DNA of 64,000 bases from Pseudomonadota bacterium (GTDB lineage: Bacteria; Pseudomonadota; Gammaproteobacteria; Burkholderiales; Burkholderiaceae_D), in assembly GCA_040385995.1 (NCBI GenBank), contig JAZKGI010000067.1, positions 1,429 to 65,428 of the forward strand, given 5' to 3'. The stretch's first letter is position 1. Each line of letters opens with the position of its first letter. The notes under the pieces are model-generated. The model did no database searches, was not told the origin of the DNA, and saw nothing but the letters and a program-made list of their open reading frames with translations. This document shows, piece by piece, positions 48,269 through 59,426 of this stretch. The position numbers and the translations under genes are program-made.

Positions 48269-48739
48269 ATGCCACGTCGTCGTGAAGTACCCAAGCGCGA
48301 GATTTTGCCAGATCCAAAATTCGGCAACACGGATGTCGCCAAATTTGTCAACGTGCTGATGCTGTCCGGTAAAAAATCGGTCGCAGAAAACATCATCTAC
48401 GGTGCCTTCGAGCACATCAAAACGAAATCGGGCAAGGATCCGCTCGAAGTGTTCGCCACCGCGATCAACAACTGCAAACCGCTGGTCGAAGTCAAGTCGC
48501 GCCGCGTTGGCGGCGCCAACTACCAGGTCCCGGTCGAAGTGCGTCCAGTGCGCCGTATGGCCCTGTCGATGCGCTGGCTGCGGGAAGCTGCCAACAAGCG
48601 CAGCGAAAAATCGATGCCCCAACGTTTGGGCGGCGAATTGATGGAAGCGGCCGAAAGCCGTGGCGGCGCGATGAAAAAGCGCGATGAAGTCCACCGCATG
48701 GCAGAAGCGAACAAGGCGTTCTCGCATTTCCGCTTCTAA
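48269..48739 (+). CDS. rpsG: 30S ribosomal protein S7
   Basis: [19 protein letters not shown] from ATG 48269 (AAGGAA RBS). ORF-track start 48254 is an upstream TTG. Confidence 0.97.
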   Translation: MPRRREVPKREILPDPKFGNTDVAKFVNVLMLSGKKSVAENIIYGAFEHIKTKSGKDPLEVFATAINNCKPLVEVKSRRVGGANYQVPVEVRPVRRMALSMRWLREAANKRSEKSMPQRLGGELMEAAESRGGAMKKRDEVHRMAEANKAFSHFRF

Positions 48740-48847
48740 TAAACGCCGGCTTTCGCAAGAAGCCGATCAGTATCTGTTGTTCGAGGCCGGGCTCATTTTT
48801 TGTACAAAAAATGCAGCCCGGTTTTGTCCATTCATTTAGGATTAATT

Positions 48848-50953
48848 ATGGCCCGCAAGACCCCCATTGAGCGCTACCGCAATATCGGTATCTCCGCGCA
48901 CATCGACGCAGGTAAGACCACCACCACCGAACGGGTGCTGTTTTACACCGGTGTCAACCACAAGATCGGCGAAGTCCATGACGGCGCCGCCACCATGGAT
49001 TGGATGGAGCAGGAACAAGAGCGCGGCATCACGATCACGTCCGCGGCGACCACCTGTTTCTGGAAGGGGATGGCTAACAATTTCCCCGAGCATCACATCA
49101 ATATCATCGATACCCCGGGTCACGTCGATTTCACGATCGAAGTGGAACGCTCGATGCGCGTGCTCGACGGCGCCTGCATGGTGTATTGCGCGGTCGGCGG
49201 CGTGCAGCCCCAATCGGAAACCGTGTGGCGTCAAGCCAACAAGTACAAAGTGCCGCGTCTGGCCTTCGTCAACAAGATGGACCGCACCGGCGCCAACTTC
49301 TTCAAGGTCTACGAGCAAATGCGCGCGCGCTTGAAGGCGAATCCGATTCCGCTGCAAATTCCGATCGGCGCGGAAGAGCACTTCCTGGGCGTGGTCGATC
49401 TGGTCAAGATGAAAGCCATCTATTGGGACGACGCGTCGCAAGGCATGAAGTTCGACTACCGCGAGATCCCGGCCGAACTGCAAGCGCAAGCCGACGAGTG
49501 GCGTTTGAAGATGGTCGAAGCGGCCGCCGAGTCGAGCGACGAATTGATGAACAAGTACCTGGAAGAAGGCGACCTGACGGAAACCGAAATCAAGGCCGCT
49601 TTGCGTCAACGCACCATCGCATCGGAAATCGTGCCAATGATGTGCGGCACCGCGTTCAAAAACAAGGGCGTGCAAGCGATGTTGGACGGCGTGATCGAAT
49701 ACCTGCCGTCGCCAGTGGATATTCCACCGGTCAAAGGCATGGATGAAGACGACCAGCCGACCACCCGCAAGGCCGAAGACAACGAGAAATTCGCCGCCTT
49801 GGCGTTCAAGATCATGACCGATCCGTTCGTCGGCCAATTGATTTTCTTCCGCGTGTATTCCGGTTCGATCAAGTCGGGCGACACCGTGTTTAACCCGATC
49901 AAGAACAAGAAGGAACGTCTGGGCCGCATTTTGCAAATGCATGCCAACCAGCGCGAAGAAATCAAGGAAGTCAACGCCGGCGATATCGCCGCCGCGGTGG
50001 GCTTGAAAGACGCGACCACGGGCGAAACCCTGTGCGACCCGTCGGCCATCATCACCCTGGAAAAGATGATTTTCCCGGAGCCGGTGATTCAGCAGGCGGT
50101 CGAGCCGAAAACCAAGGCCGACCAGGAAAAAATGGGCTTGGCGCTGAACCGTCTGGCACAGGAAGATCCGTCGTTCCGCGTGAAAACCGATGAAGAATCG
50201 GGTCAGACCATCATCGGTGGTATGGGCGAGTTGCATCTGGAAATTATCGTCGACCGCATGAAGCGCGAATTCGGCGTCGAAGCGACCGTCGGCAAGCCGC
50301 AAGTGGCTTACCGCGAGACGATCCGCAAGGTCTGCGAAGAGTCCGAAGGCAAGTTCGTCAAGCAGTCCGGTGGTCGTGGTCAGTACGGTCACGTGGTTCT
50401 GAAGATCGAGCCGCAAGAGCCGGGCAAGGGCTTCGAATTCGTTGACGCCATCAAAGGCGGTACGGTTCCACGCGAATACATCCCTGCGGTTGAAAAGGGT
50501 GTGCGCGGCACGCTGAACACCGGCGTGCTGGCTGGCTACCCAGTCGTTGACGTCAAGGTCACGCTGTTCTTCGGTTCGTACCACGATGTGGACTCGAACG
50601 AAAACGCGTTCCAGATGGCCGCTTCGATGGCGTTCAAGGAAGGCTGCCGCAAGGCCTCGCCGGTGATCCTGGAGCCGATGATGGCGGTCGAAGTGGAAAC
50701 GCCGGAAGACTACGCCGGTACCGTGATGGGCGACTTGTCGTCGCGTCGCGGCATGGTGCAAGGCATGGACGAGATTCCTGGCGGCGGTGGCAAGATCATC
50801 AAAGCCGAAGTGCCGCTGTCCGAAATGTTCGGTTACTCGACCTCCCTGCGTTCCGCGACCCAGGGCCGTGCGACTTACACGATGGAATTCAAGCACTATT
50901 CGGAAGCGCCGAAACACGTCACCGACGCGATCGTGACCGCCAAAGCGAAGTAA
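48848..50953 (+). CDS. fusA: Elongation factor G
   Basis: [29 protein letters not shown] from ATG 48848. Full-length EF-G. Confidence 0.98.
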   Translation: MARKTPIERYRNIGISAHIDAGKTTTTERVLFYTGVNHKIGEVHDGAATMDWMEQEQERGITITSAATTCFWKGMANNFPEHHINIIDTPGHVDFTIEVERSMRVLDGACMVYCAVGGVQPQSETVWRQANKYKVPRLAFVNKMDRTGANFFKVYEQMRARLKANPIPLQIPIGAEEHFLGVVDLVKMKAIYWDDASQGMKFDYREIPAELQAQADEWRLKMVEAAAESSDELMNKYLEEGDLTETEIKAALRQRTIASEIVPMMCGTAFKNKGVQAMLDGVIEYLPSPVDIPPVKGMDEDDQPTTRKAEDNEKFAALAFKIMTDPFVGQLIFFRVYSGSIKSGDTVFNPIKNKKERLGRILQMHANQREEIKEVNAGDIAAAVGLKDATTGETLCDPSAIITLEKMIFPEPVIQQAVEPKTKADQEKMGLALNRLAQEDPSFRVKTDEESGQTIIGGMGELHLEIIVDRMKREFGVEATVGKPQVAYRETIRKVCEESEGKFVKQSGGRGQYGHVVLKIEPQEPGKGFEFVDAIKGGTVPREYIPAVEKGVRGTLNTGVLAGYPVVDVKVTLFFGSYHDVDSNENAFQMAASMAFKEGCRKASPVILEPMMAVEVETPEDYAGTVMGDLSSRRGMVQGMDEIPGGGGKIIKAEVPLSEMFGYSTSLRSATQGRATYTMEFKHYSEAPKHVTDAIVTAKAK

Positions 50954-51020
50954 TCGTTTTTTGGGCCGCGCCCCGGCGCGGCCCACACACATTTAAATCA
51001 TTGTTTTAAGGAAGAATAAA

Positions 51021-52223
<1,203 letters not shown>

Positions 52224-52412
52224 TTCGGCTTGGTAAGGGCAGGGCCGCTTCGCCGGCCCTGTTGTTGGGAAACAAAATCTGCCGGCCGGCGTGGTGACGC
52301 GAAGTTTCAGTGCTATCATGTCGGCCCTGGCAGTGCCGCGGCCCATGCCGCTGCGTTTCATTTATTGCCGTGCGTGGTTAGCCCACCCGGTTCGCTCTTT
52401 TAAGGAAATAAC

Positions 52413-52730
52413 ATGTCCACACCAAATCAAAAAATCCGTATCCGCCTGAAGGCGTTCGACTACAAGCTGATCGACCAGTCCGCTCTGGAAATCGTCGAAA
52501 CCGCCAAGCGCACCGGCGCCGTCGTCAAGGGCCCCGTGCCACTGCCTACCCGGATTCAGCGTTTTGACGTGCTGCGTTCCCCGCACGTGAACAAAACCTC
52601 GCGCGACCAGTTCGAAATCCGCACCCATCAGCGTTTGATGGACATCGTCGATCCAACCGATAAAACGGTTGACGCCCTGATGAAGCTCGACCTGCCGGCC
52701 GGCGTCGACGTGGAAATCAAGCTGCAATAA
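52413..52730 (+). CDS. rpsJ: 30S ribosomal protein S10
   Basis: [31 protein letters not shown]... Confidence 0.98.
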   Translation: MSTPNQKIRIRLKAFDYKLIDQSALEIVETAKRTGAVVKGPVPLPTRIQRFDVLRSPHVNKTSRDQFEIRTHQRLMDIVDPTDKTVDALMKLDLPAGVDVEIKLQ

Positions 52731-52772
52731 TTCTGCGGCCGGGCGGCGTGTGCCGCTTGTGCCAGCAAGTCA

Positions 52773-52816
52773 AACCGGGTGGAGCGCAAACAATCGCGCT
52801 CCACCCGGTTTTTTTT
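52773..52816 (+). terminator. Strong intrinsic terminator immediately after rpsJ
   Basis: Perfect 15-bp stem AACCGGGTGGAGCGC / GCGCTCCACCCGGTT, an 8-nt loop, then a T6 run. Confidence 0.8.
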
Positions 52817-52860
52817 CGTGCGCAATTCCACGTTTTGCTGTAAGGACACATACGATTCTT

Positions 52861-52888
52861 TTGGAAACGCACATGGCTTTGTTATACT
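52861..52888 (+). promoter_or_regulatory. Predicted sigma70 promoter of the AraC-family gene
   Basis: TTGGAA, a 16-nt spacer, then TATACT, about 40 nt upstream of ATG 52930. Confidence 0.4.
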
Positions 52889-52929
52889 TTATAGATCATC
52901 AGCATAGATGACACCTCAAGGGGAGACGC

Positions 52930-53847
52930 ATGACAGCCAAGACCAGCAAACCGATATTGCAGATCGAGCACGATGGCGCGCGTGGCGCCGATCTCGGTTT
53001 CGAGCCGAGCGGCAGTTATGGTTTCATCCGTTACCTGGAGCATGGGGTGCCCAGCTCGCTGGTGCGCTGGCATTATCACGACGAATACGAGCTGCATCTG
53101 ATTTGCGCCAGTAGCGGCAAGGTGTTCGTGGGCGATTATATCGGCCAGTTCGGGCCCGGCCATTTGGTGCTGACGGGGCCGCGCGTGCCGCATAACTGGG
53201 TATCGATCGATTTGCCCGCCGAAGGCATCAAGCTGCGCGACATGGTGATCCAGTTTCGTCACGCGCCCATGGAACCGTTGATCAGCGCGATTCCCGAATT
53301 GAAGGCGATCGCGCCCTTGCTGAGCCGGGCCAGGCACGGCATCGAATTTTTCGGCATGAGCGAGCAGGCCCGGCAACGCTTCGCGCATATCCGCGAGAGC
53401 AGCGGCCTGGCCCGTTTCACCGAATTTTTGACGCTGCTCGGTGAATTGGCCGAGACCGGCAATTACCGGCTACTGTCGACGGCGCCCATGCAGTCGACCG
53501 AGGACGATGCCACGCTGGCGCGGATCGGCACCGTGATCAATTTTATCGTGGAAAACTACAGCAAGCAGTTATCGATGAAAGAGTTGGCGCGCCAGATCGA
53601 TATGTCCGAGCGCATGTTCACCCGGTTTTTCCGCACCGCCACCGGCAATAGCTTTACCGATTTCGTCAACCGGCTGCGGGTCAACAAGGCGTGCCAGCTT
53701 TTGATGGAAACCGAACGCTATGTCACCAATATTTGTTACGACGCGGGCTTTAATAACGTGGCCAATTTCAACCGGCGTTTTCTGGAATTGAAGGGCATGA
53801 CGCCGAAACAATTCCGGCAGCAGGCATCGGGCCGCTTTGGCGCCTGA
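52930..53847 (+). CDS. AraC family transcriptional regulator (cupin sensor + HTH)
   Basis: The N-terminal cupin has WHYHDEYELHLI. The C-terminal double HTH includes LSMKELARQIDMSERMFTRFF and ICYDAGFNNVANFNRRF. Confidence 0.88.
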   Translation: MTAKTSKPILQIEHDGARGADLGFEPSGSYGFIRYLEHGVPSSLVRWHYHDEYELHLICASSGKVFVGDYIGQFGPGHLVLTGPRVPHNWVSIDLPAEGIKLRDMVIQFRHAPMEPLISAIPELKAIAPLLSRARHGIEFFGMSEQARQRFAHIRESSGLARFTEFLTLLGELAETGNYRLLSTAPMQSTEDDATLARIGTVINFIVENYSKQLSMKELARQIDMSERMFTRFFRTATGNSFTDFVNRLRVNKACQLLMETERYVTNICYDAGFNNVANFNRRFLELKGMTPKQFRQQASGRFGA

Positions 53848-53932
53848 GGCTTGCGGCCGCCCGCTGCTATCCGGGCGCATCGCTGCGCCTGGATTGTTCG
53901 CGCAGAGCGTTACGCCGGTCGTGGCGCCGCGT

Positions 53933-55033
53933 TTATGCCGCTTTCGAATCGTTCTGGTGGGCGCCCTCGGCGGCCAGCTTGGCGCGTAATCTGAGCGCGG
54001 TGCTCAAACCGGCTGCTGGATTGACACTCAATTTCTTTTCCAGCAAATCGGACTGATTACCACTCGTGAAGAAGGCTAAGTGTTGCTTGTCGATGTTTTC
54101 GATCTGGCTGTTCAAGAACTTGATGGTGTCGGCGCCGAATTCCGTGTTTTTGCCCTTGGTCATATTCAGAATCGCCATCGCCGGCAGCAGCGAGGTTTCG
54201 ATATAGTTGAACTCCTTGTGGTCGTTCATATGTTTTTTTTCGCCTTCGGTCGGATTGGCCTTGCTCGACAAGTGCTCGTGTAAGCTGTCGCTCAGATCGA
54301 TCAATTGCAGCAGCACGGCGCGTTTTTGCAATTCGCTTTTCAGTTCCTGCACGTCGGCGTAATTTTGCGATGGCAGCGAGGTGAGATTGGCGCTCTTTTC
54401 AAAGCCGATCGAGCTTTCCACTTCGGCCGCGCTGCTCAGCGCCAAGGACATCGACGTGCCCAAGAAGCCGGGGAAGGTGGTCACGCCGTGGGCGGTGGTG
54501 ATCGGGAAGTGCTTGATGTCGCCGCGGCCATAAATTTTTTCCTCGGCCGGGGTGACGGCAGCGTCATACAACTTGGTCGCCGTCCTGACCTTGGAATCGC
54601 TTTGTTTGTCGCTGCCTTCCAGCGAGTAGGCGGAAAACTTGTCCTTGTCGTCGGCCTGTGCCAGCGCTTGTTCGCTTCGTTTGACGTCGTAGTTGGTGTT
54701 CAGGTAACCGCCCCAGACGATCTTCGAGGCCAGGGTCCAGCGATGGAAATGGGGGCTTTCCGCCGCTCCATCTTCCCCGGTGCCGACCGGATACAGATGC
54801 AGGCGCAGATTCCATTTTCCCGACTTGTTGTCCGATCCGGACAGCAGGTACAGCTTGTCGAAGATTTTGGTCCTGGCCGAGCGCTTCCAAGCATCAGCGA
54901 GTAGATTGTTATCGTTAGAGATATGCCGCAAGACGCTGACCAGCTCTTCCTTGGAAATGCTGAGCAAACCGTCCGTCATGCCGACCGTGCCGGCGGGGTC
55001 GTTCTTGAAAGCCTGATGGGTGCGCTCGAGCAT
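53933..55033 (-). CDS. Hypothetical protein (low-GC orphan; possible cupin-like HxH...H N-terminal half)
   Basis: 366-aa ORF at roughly 50% GC by eye. No signal peptide. It contains SPHFHRW ... TTAHGV. The frame stays open 165 nt upstream to 55198 without ATG/GTG/TTG, and an out-of-frame ATG ORF starts at 55164, so the start is uncertain. Confidence 0.5.
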   Translation of the reverse strand: MLERTHQAFKNDPAGTVGMTDGLLSISKEELVSVLRHISNDNNLLADAWKRSARTKIFDKLYLLSGSDNKSGKWNLRLHLYPVGTGEDGAAESPHFHRWTLASKIVWGGYLNTNYDVKRSEQALAQADDKDKFSAYSLEGSDKQSDSKVRTATKLYDAAVTPAEEKIYGRGDIKHFPITTAHGVTTFPGFLGTSMSLALSSAAEVESSIGFEKSANLTSLPSQNYADVQELKSELQKRAVLLQLIDLSDSLHEHLSSKANPTEGEKKHMNDHKEFNYIETSLLPAMAILNMTKGKNTEFGADTIKFLNSQIENIDKQHLAFFTSGNQSDLLEKKLSVNPAAGLSTALRLRAKLAAEGAHQNDSKAA

Positions 55034-55495
55034 GGTGGCGATATGGTGGTAGATCGCCTTGTCTTTGGCCAGCTGGGGGTTGGGCGCCTCTTCGACGCTT
55101 TGGCCCCGGGCGTATGGGTGATGGGTGCCAGGGTGGGTGTATGGGAAACTTTGATATCGGGCATGATGACTTTCGGTTAGGTTCGCGTCCCTCCTTCCCT
55201 ATGCGGCAATTGTCAGAGGAAGGGTGCGCATTCGGATGCCTATTACTCGGCGATTGTGGGACCGTTTAATTCGGATGTCGCCGCATGGCGTTTGACCTTG
55301 GTGTCGATAATCGGGTTATTGACTTTGGTATGTATTGAATATTGACTGCTAGTTCCTCTTCACATCCATGCGAGCCTTTTCGTGGCCGCCATTTTCCGCT
55401 CGCCGCTGAGGCGGCGCATGGCTGAATTGACGGCGACAGCCCGCGTCGCCGATACTCTTAACGTTGTTGTCCGGATCTCACCAGCGCGCCCCGCC

Positions 55496-56227
55496 ATGCC
55501 TAAAACCATCCTGATCGTCGAAGACGAAAGCGCCATCGCCGACAGCATCGCCTACGCCTTGCGCACCGACGGTTTCACGCCCCTGCACGTGGTGCTGGGC
55601 GAGCAGGCGCTGGCGGCCATGCGCCCGGCCGGCCAAGCGTGGCCCGGCCAAGCGTGGCCCGCCGACGCCACCCCGGCCCTGGTGGTGCTTGACGTCGGTC
55701 TGCCCGATATGAGCGGCCTGGAGGTGTGCCGTCGCCTGCGCCAGTTCAGCGACGTGCCGGTGATCTTTCTGACCGCCCGCAGCGACGAGATCGACCGTAT
55801 CGTGGGCCTGGAAATCGGCGCCGACGATTACGTCACCAAACCGTTTTCCCCGCGCGAACTGGTGGCGCGCATCCGCGTCATCCTGCGCCGGGTTACGCCG
55901 CCGGGGCGCGCGGCGGCGCCCCCCGGGGCGGCCCCGGCGCACGGCTTCGTGCTGCGCGCGGCCGAGGCGCGTATTGTGTATCGGGGCCGGGCGCTGGAGT
56001 TGACGCGCTACGAATATCTGTTGCTGGCGGCCTTGATCGCGCATCCCGGCCACGTGCTCTCGCGTGCGCAGCTGATGGACCGGGTCTGGAGCGACGCGCC
56101 CGACACGCTCGAGCGCACCGTGGACGCCCACATCAAGTCGCTGCGCGCCAAGCTGCGCCAAATCGACCCCGGAGCCGATCCGATCCAGACCCATCGGGGC
56201 ATGGGCTACAGCGTGGCGCCGGCGTGA
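55496..56227 (+). CDS. creB: OmpR-family response regulator CreB
   Basis: MPKTILIVEDESAIADSI...LDVGLPDMSGLEVCRRL...EIGADDYVTKPFSPREL, closely resembling E. coli CreB as recalled. Followed by creC and creD. Confidence 0.85.
   Translation: MPKTILIVEDESAIADSIAYALRTDGFTPLHVVLGEQALAAMRPAGQAWPGQAWPADATPALVVLDVGLPDMSGLEVCRRLRQFSDVPVIFLTARSDEIDRIVGLEIGADDYVTKPFSPRELVARIRVILRRVTPPGRAAAPPGAAPAHGFVLRAAEARIVYRGRALELTRYEYLLLAALIAHPGHVLSRAQLMDRVWSDAPDTLERTVDAHIKSLRAKLRQIDPGADPIQTHRGMGYSVAPA
55631..55660. repeat. 15-bp tandem duplication inside creB (GGCCAAGCGTGGCCC x2)
   Basis: Encodes GQAWP-GQAWP within the receiver domain. Confidence 0.9.
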
Positions 56228-57648
56228 AGATCGGCCTGCGCATCTTGCTCGGCTACTGTCTGATCGTTGGCTTGGCCGCCTGGTTCGTGTTCAACGTGTT
56301 TGTCGAGCAAGTCAAGCCCGGGGTCCGCTCGACCCAGGAGGATACCCTGGTCGACACCGCCAATTTGCTGGCCGCGATGGTGGCGCGCGACGCGCAGGGC
56401 GGCAGCCTGGCGCGTTCGGCCGCCTTGATCGGCTTACCGGCCGACGGCCGGCGCCCGATCGACGTGATCATCAACGGCGTGCCCAAGAAAAGCCTCGATT
56501 ACCGCATCTATGTCACCGACCGGCGCGGCATCGTGTTGTTCGATTCGAGCGGACGCGACGTGGGCCAGGATTATTCGCGCTGGAACGACGTCTACCGCAC
56601 CCTGCGCGGCCAATACGGCGCCCGCAGCACCCGCGCCCGGCTTGACGACGACGCCAGCACCGTGATGCATGTGGCCGCGCCCATCACCGATGAGGCCGGC
56701 GCCATCATTGGCGTGCTGACCGTGGCCAAGCCGAACGCGAGCGTGCAAGCCTTTGTTGAACGCGGCCAACAAAAGATCGTGCGGCGCGGCGCGCTGCTGG
56801 TGGCGCTGTCGCTGCTGATCGGTTTGGCGTTTAGTTACTGGCTGGCTCAGGCGCTGCGCAAGCTGATGCGTTACATCGGCGATGTCGAGGCCGGCAAGAA
56901 GGTGACCTTGCCCAAGCTGGGCAATACCGAATTCGGCACCCTGGGCCGGGCGCTGGAGGCGATGCGTCACCGGCTTGAGGGCAAGGAATATGTCGAACAA
57001 TTGATGCATACCCTGGCGCATGAATTGAAAAGCCCGATCGCCGCGATCCAGGGCTCGGCCGAGTTGCTGTCGGAAGACATGCCGGTGGCCGAGCGGCGCC
57101 ACTTCCTGAACAATATCTTGAACCAGAACAGCCGGCAAAAACAATTGATCGACAAATTGCTGGCCCTGGTACGCGTCGAGCAGCAGCAGCAACTGAGCGC
57201 GCCGGAACGGATCGACCTGACTTCCCTGCTGGCCCAGGTGCAGACCGACTGCGCGGCCCGGCTGGCGGCGCGCGGCCTGCGCATCGAAGGGGAGGTGGCG
57301 CCGCTGACCCTGCGCGGCGATGCGCTGCTGCTGCGCCAGGCCTTCGGCAACCTGCTCGACAATGCGATCGATTTCGCGCCGCCCGGCAGCGTGATCGACT
57401 TGAGCGCGCAACGGCGCGGCGAGCACGCCTGCGTGGCCGTGCGCGACCGCGGTCCCGGCATTCCGGCCTACGCCGCCGCGCGCCTGTTCGAGCGTTTCTA
57501 TTCGCTGCCGCGGCCCGATGGCGCCAAGAGCACCGGCCTGGGCTTGCCCTTCGTGCGCGAGGTGATGTTGTTGCATAACGGCAGTGTGGAAGTGGACAAC
57601 GCCGCCGGCGGCGGCGCCCGCGCCAGCGTGGAGCTAGCGCTGGGCTAG
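56224..57648 (+). CDS. creC: Sensor histidine kinase CreC
   Basis: The GTG start overlaps the creB stop (GTGA). VKIGLRILLGYCLIVGLAAWFV..., GQDYSRWNDVYRTLRGQYGARST, the H-box TLAHELKSPIAAIQG and FERFYSLPRP match E. coli CreC as recalled. Confidence 0.88.
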   Translation: MKIGLRILLGYCLIVGLAAWFVFNVFVEQVKPGVRSTQEDTLVDTANLLAAMVARDAQGGSLARSAALIGLPADGRRPIDVIINGVPKKSLDYRIYVTDRRGIVLFDSSGRDVGQDYSRWNDVYRTLRGQYGARSTRARLDDDASTVMHVAAPITDEAGAIIGVLTVAKPNASVQAFVERGQQKIVRRGALLVALSLLIGLAFSYWLAQALRKLMRYIGDVEAGKKVTLPKLGNTEFGTLGRALEAMRHRLEGKEYVEQLMHTLAHELKSPIAAIQGSAELLSEDMPVAERRHFLNNILNQNSRQKQLIDKLLALVRVEQQQQLSAPERIDLTSLLAQVQTDCAARLAARGLRIEGEVAPLTLRGDALLLRQAFGNLLDNAIDFAPPGSVIDLSAQRRGEHACVAVRDRGPGIPAYAAARLFERFYSLPRPDGAKSTGLGLPFVREVMLLHNGSVEVDNAAGGGARASVELALG

Positions 57649-57651
57649 CAC

Positions 57652-57695
57652 TTCACACACGGCGCACGCTGAGCGCACACCCAGCGCACAGCGCT
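57652..57695 (+). promoter_or_regulatory. Four phased CAC-box direct repeats (cre-tag-like) upstream of creD
   Basis: TTCAC (57652), CGCAC (57663), CGCAC (57674) and CGCAC (57685), at an exact 11-bp period. Confidence 0.45.
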
Positions 57696-57732
57696 TGCCT
57701 ACACTGGCGTCTCGTCCATTTCAGGAGCCGCC

Positions 57733-59133
57733 GTGCACAAGTCGCTGTTATTAAAAATTATGATGATCGCCGTGTTAATGGCCGTGATCGTCATTCCGCT
57801 GATGATGATTGAGGGTACTATTTCGGAGCGCATGGCTTACCACGATCAGGCCGTGCGCGGCGTCGCCGCCGATTCGGTGCGCGAACAAACCATTATCGGA
57901 CCCTTGCTGGTGCTGCCGTATGTCGATGAGTACGAAGCGCCAGTGCCGATTCCCAATGACAAGCTGGGCCGCACCCGGATTCAAAAATTTGCCGCGGAAA
58001 GGCGGCTGCTGGTGTTTCCCAACGATTTACATATCGTGGGCAAGATCGAGACCGAGCGCCGTTACCGCGGCATTCACCAAGTGTTGGTGTATACCGGGCA
58101 GCACGGTTTTTCGGGCGACTTCGTTCTGCCGGCCATGACGGCCTTTGCGCGCCAACAGCCCGATTCGCGCTTGACCGTGGGCCAGCCGTTTGTCGCCGTG
58201 TCGATTGAAGATGTGCGCGGGATTCACAACACGCCCAGTATCACATGGGGTGGCAGGCCGATCGAGTTTGAGCAGGGTGCGGGCTTGCTGGCTTTCAAAA
58301 GCGGTTTGCATGCATCGCTGGCCGCAACCGACTTCGTGCCATCGGCACGCGTCAAATTCTCTTTCGATCTGGTCTTGGACGGCATCGAGCGTATCAATAT
58401 CGCGCCGGTGGGCAAGAATAATCATGTCAACCTGAGCTCGAATTGGCCACATCCGCAATTTGGCGGCCGCTTCCTGCCGTCGGCCAAGCAGCGTTCGATC
58501 GATGAGCACGGCTTTAAAGTGATGTGGGACATCTCTTCGCTGGCCAGTCACGCGCAAAGCGAGTTAAATTTCCTGGAAAGGCCGGCGAAGGCGGGTACCC
58601 CTGGCGAAGCGGGCGGCGACAGATCGGGCGGACCCCAAGTCGAGCATTTCAGCGTGGCGTTCATCGAGCCGATCAATGTGTATTCCCAGGCCGAACGGGC
58701 CACCAAGTATGGCTTGCTGTTCGTGGCGCTCACTTTTGCCATCTTCTTCATCTTTGAAATGCTCAAGCGCTTGCCGATTCATCCGATTCAATATCTGCTG
58801 GTTGGCTTGGCCTTGGTGCTATTTTTCTTGCTGCTGGTGGGCTTGTCCGAGCACATCGCTTTCTGGCAGGCGTATCTGATCGCCAGCACGGCGTGCATTG
58901 TGTTGATCGGCTTCTATTTAAGTCATGTGTTACGCGACCGCCGCCGCGGCTTCGGTTTCGGGGTGGCGTTGACGGTGCTGTACGGCGCGCTGTATGGCTT
59001 GCTCAGTTCGGAGAGCAACGCGTTGGTCCTGGGCAGCGGTTTGCTGTTCGCCGTGCTGGCGGCGATCATGGTGGCCACCCGCAAGGTCGACTGGTATCAG
59101 GTCGGCTCGCCCAATTCGCCGCAGCCGGCATAA
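57733..59133 (+). CDS. creD: Inner-membrane protein CreD
   Basis: GTG start with an AGGAG RBS. SNWPHPQFGGRFLP, ERATKYGLLFVALTF and HPIQYLLVGLALVLFFLLLVGLSEH match CreD as recalled. Confidence 0.88.
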   Translation: MHKSLLLKIMMIAVLMAVIVIPLMMIEGTISERMAYHDQAVRGVAADSVREQTIIGPLLVLPYVDEYEAPVPIPNDKLGRTRIQKFAAERRLLVFPNDLHIVGKIETERRYRGIHQVLVYTGQHGFSGDFVLPAMTAFARQQPDSRLTVGQPFVAVSIEDVRGIHNTPSITWGGRPIEFEQGAGLLAFKSGLHASLAATDFVPSARVKFSFDLVLDGIERINIAPVGKNNHVNLSSNWPHPQFGGRFLPSAKQRSIDEHGFKVMWDISSLASHAQSELNFLERPAKAGTPGEAGGDRSGGPQVEHFSVAFIEPINVYSQAERATKYGLLFVALTFAIFFIFEMLKRLPIHPIQYLLVGLALVLFFLLLVGLSEHIAFWQAYLIASTACIVLIGFYLSHVLRDRRRGFGFGVALTVLYGALYGLLSSESNALVLGSGLLFAVLAAIMVATRKVDWYQVGSPNSPQPA

Positions 59134-59397
59134 GCCTCCCTACTCGCCCATTCTTATAAGAAAGCCCCATGTCGATCTGGATTGATTTCCTCTGCGCCGC
59201 CCTCGTTGTCGGCCTGCCGCTGGGTACCCATGTGCGCCAGCAATGGGAGCGTGTCGCCATGCGCCACACGCTGGTAGCGCGCGGCCTGGAGCGCGATGCC
59301 GACCCGGTCCGGCCGCCGCCATCGGCCCGCTCTGGCAGCGCCGAGCGGGCCTGAATACAACATCGGCAAACGCCTCGACATACCTCGTATTTACTTG

Positions 59398-59426
59398 TTG
59401 CGTCAAGGGGTTTAAGGGGCTATACT
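59398..59426 (+). promoter_or_regulatory. Predicted sigma70 promoter for rplC and the distal S10 operon
   Basis: TTGCGT, a 17-nt spacer, then TATACT, about 95 nt upstream of the rplC ATG. Confidence 0.5.

Noticed and set aside
50963-50987. GC-rich hairpin GGGCCGCGCC-CCG-GCGCGGCCC after fusA as a terminator
   Set aside because: The T-run lies upstream rather than downstream of the stem on the coding strand, and tuf must be co-expressed. It is more likely a structural or processing element, or nothing.
59169-59354. 61-aa ORF (MSIWIDFLCAALVVGLPLG...) between creD and rplC
   Set aside because: It has a hydrophobic N-terminus but a weak RBS and an Arg/Pro-rich tail typical of a random high-GC frame. 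It cannot be supported from sequence alone.
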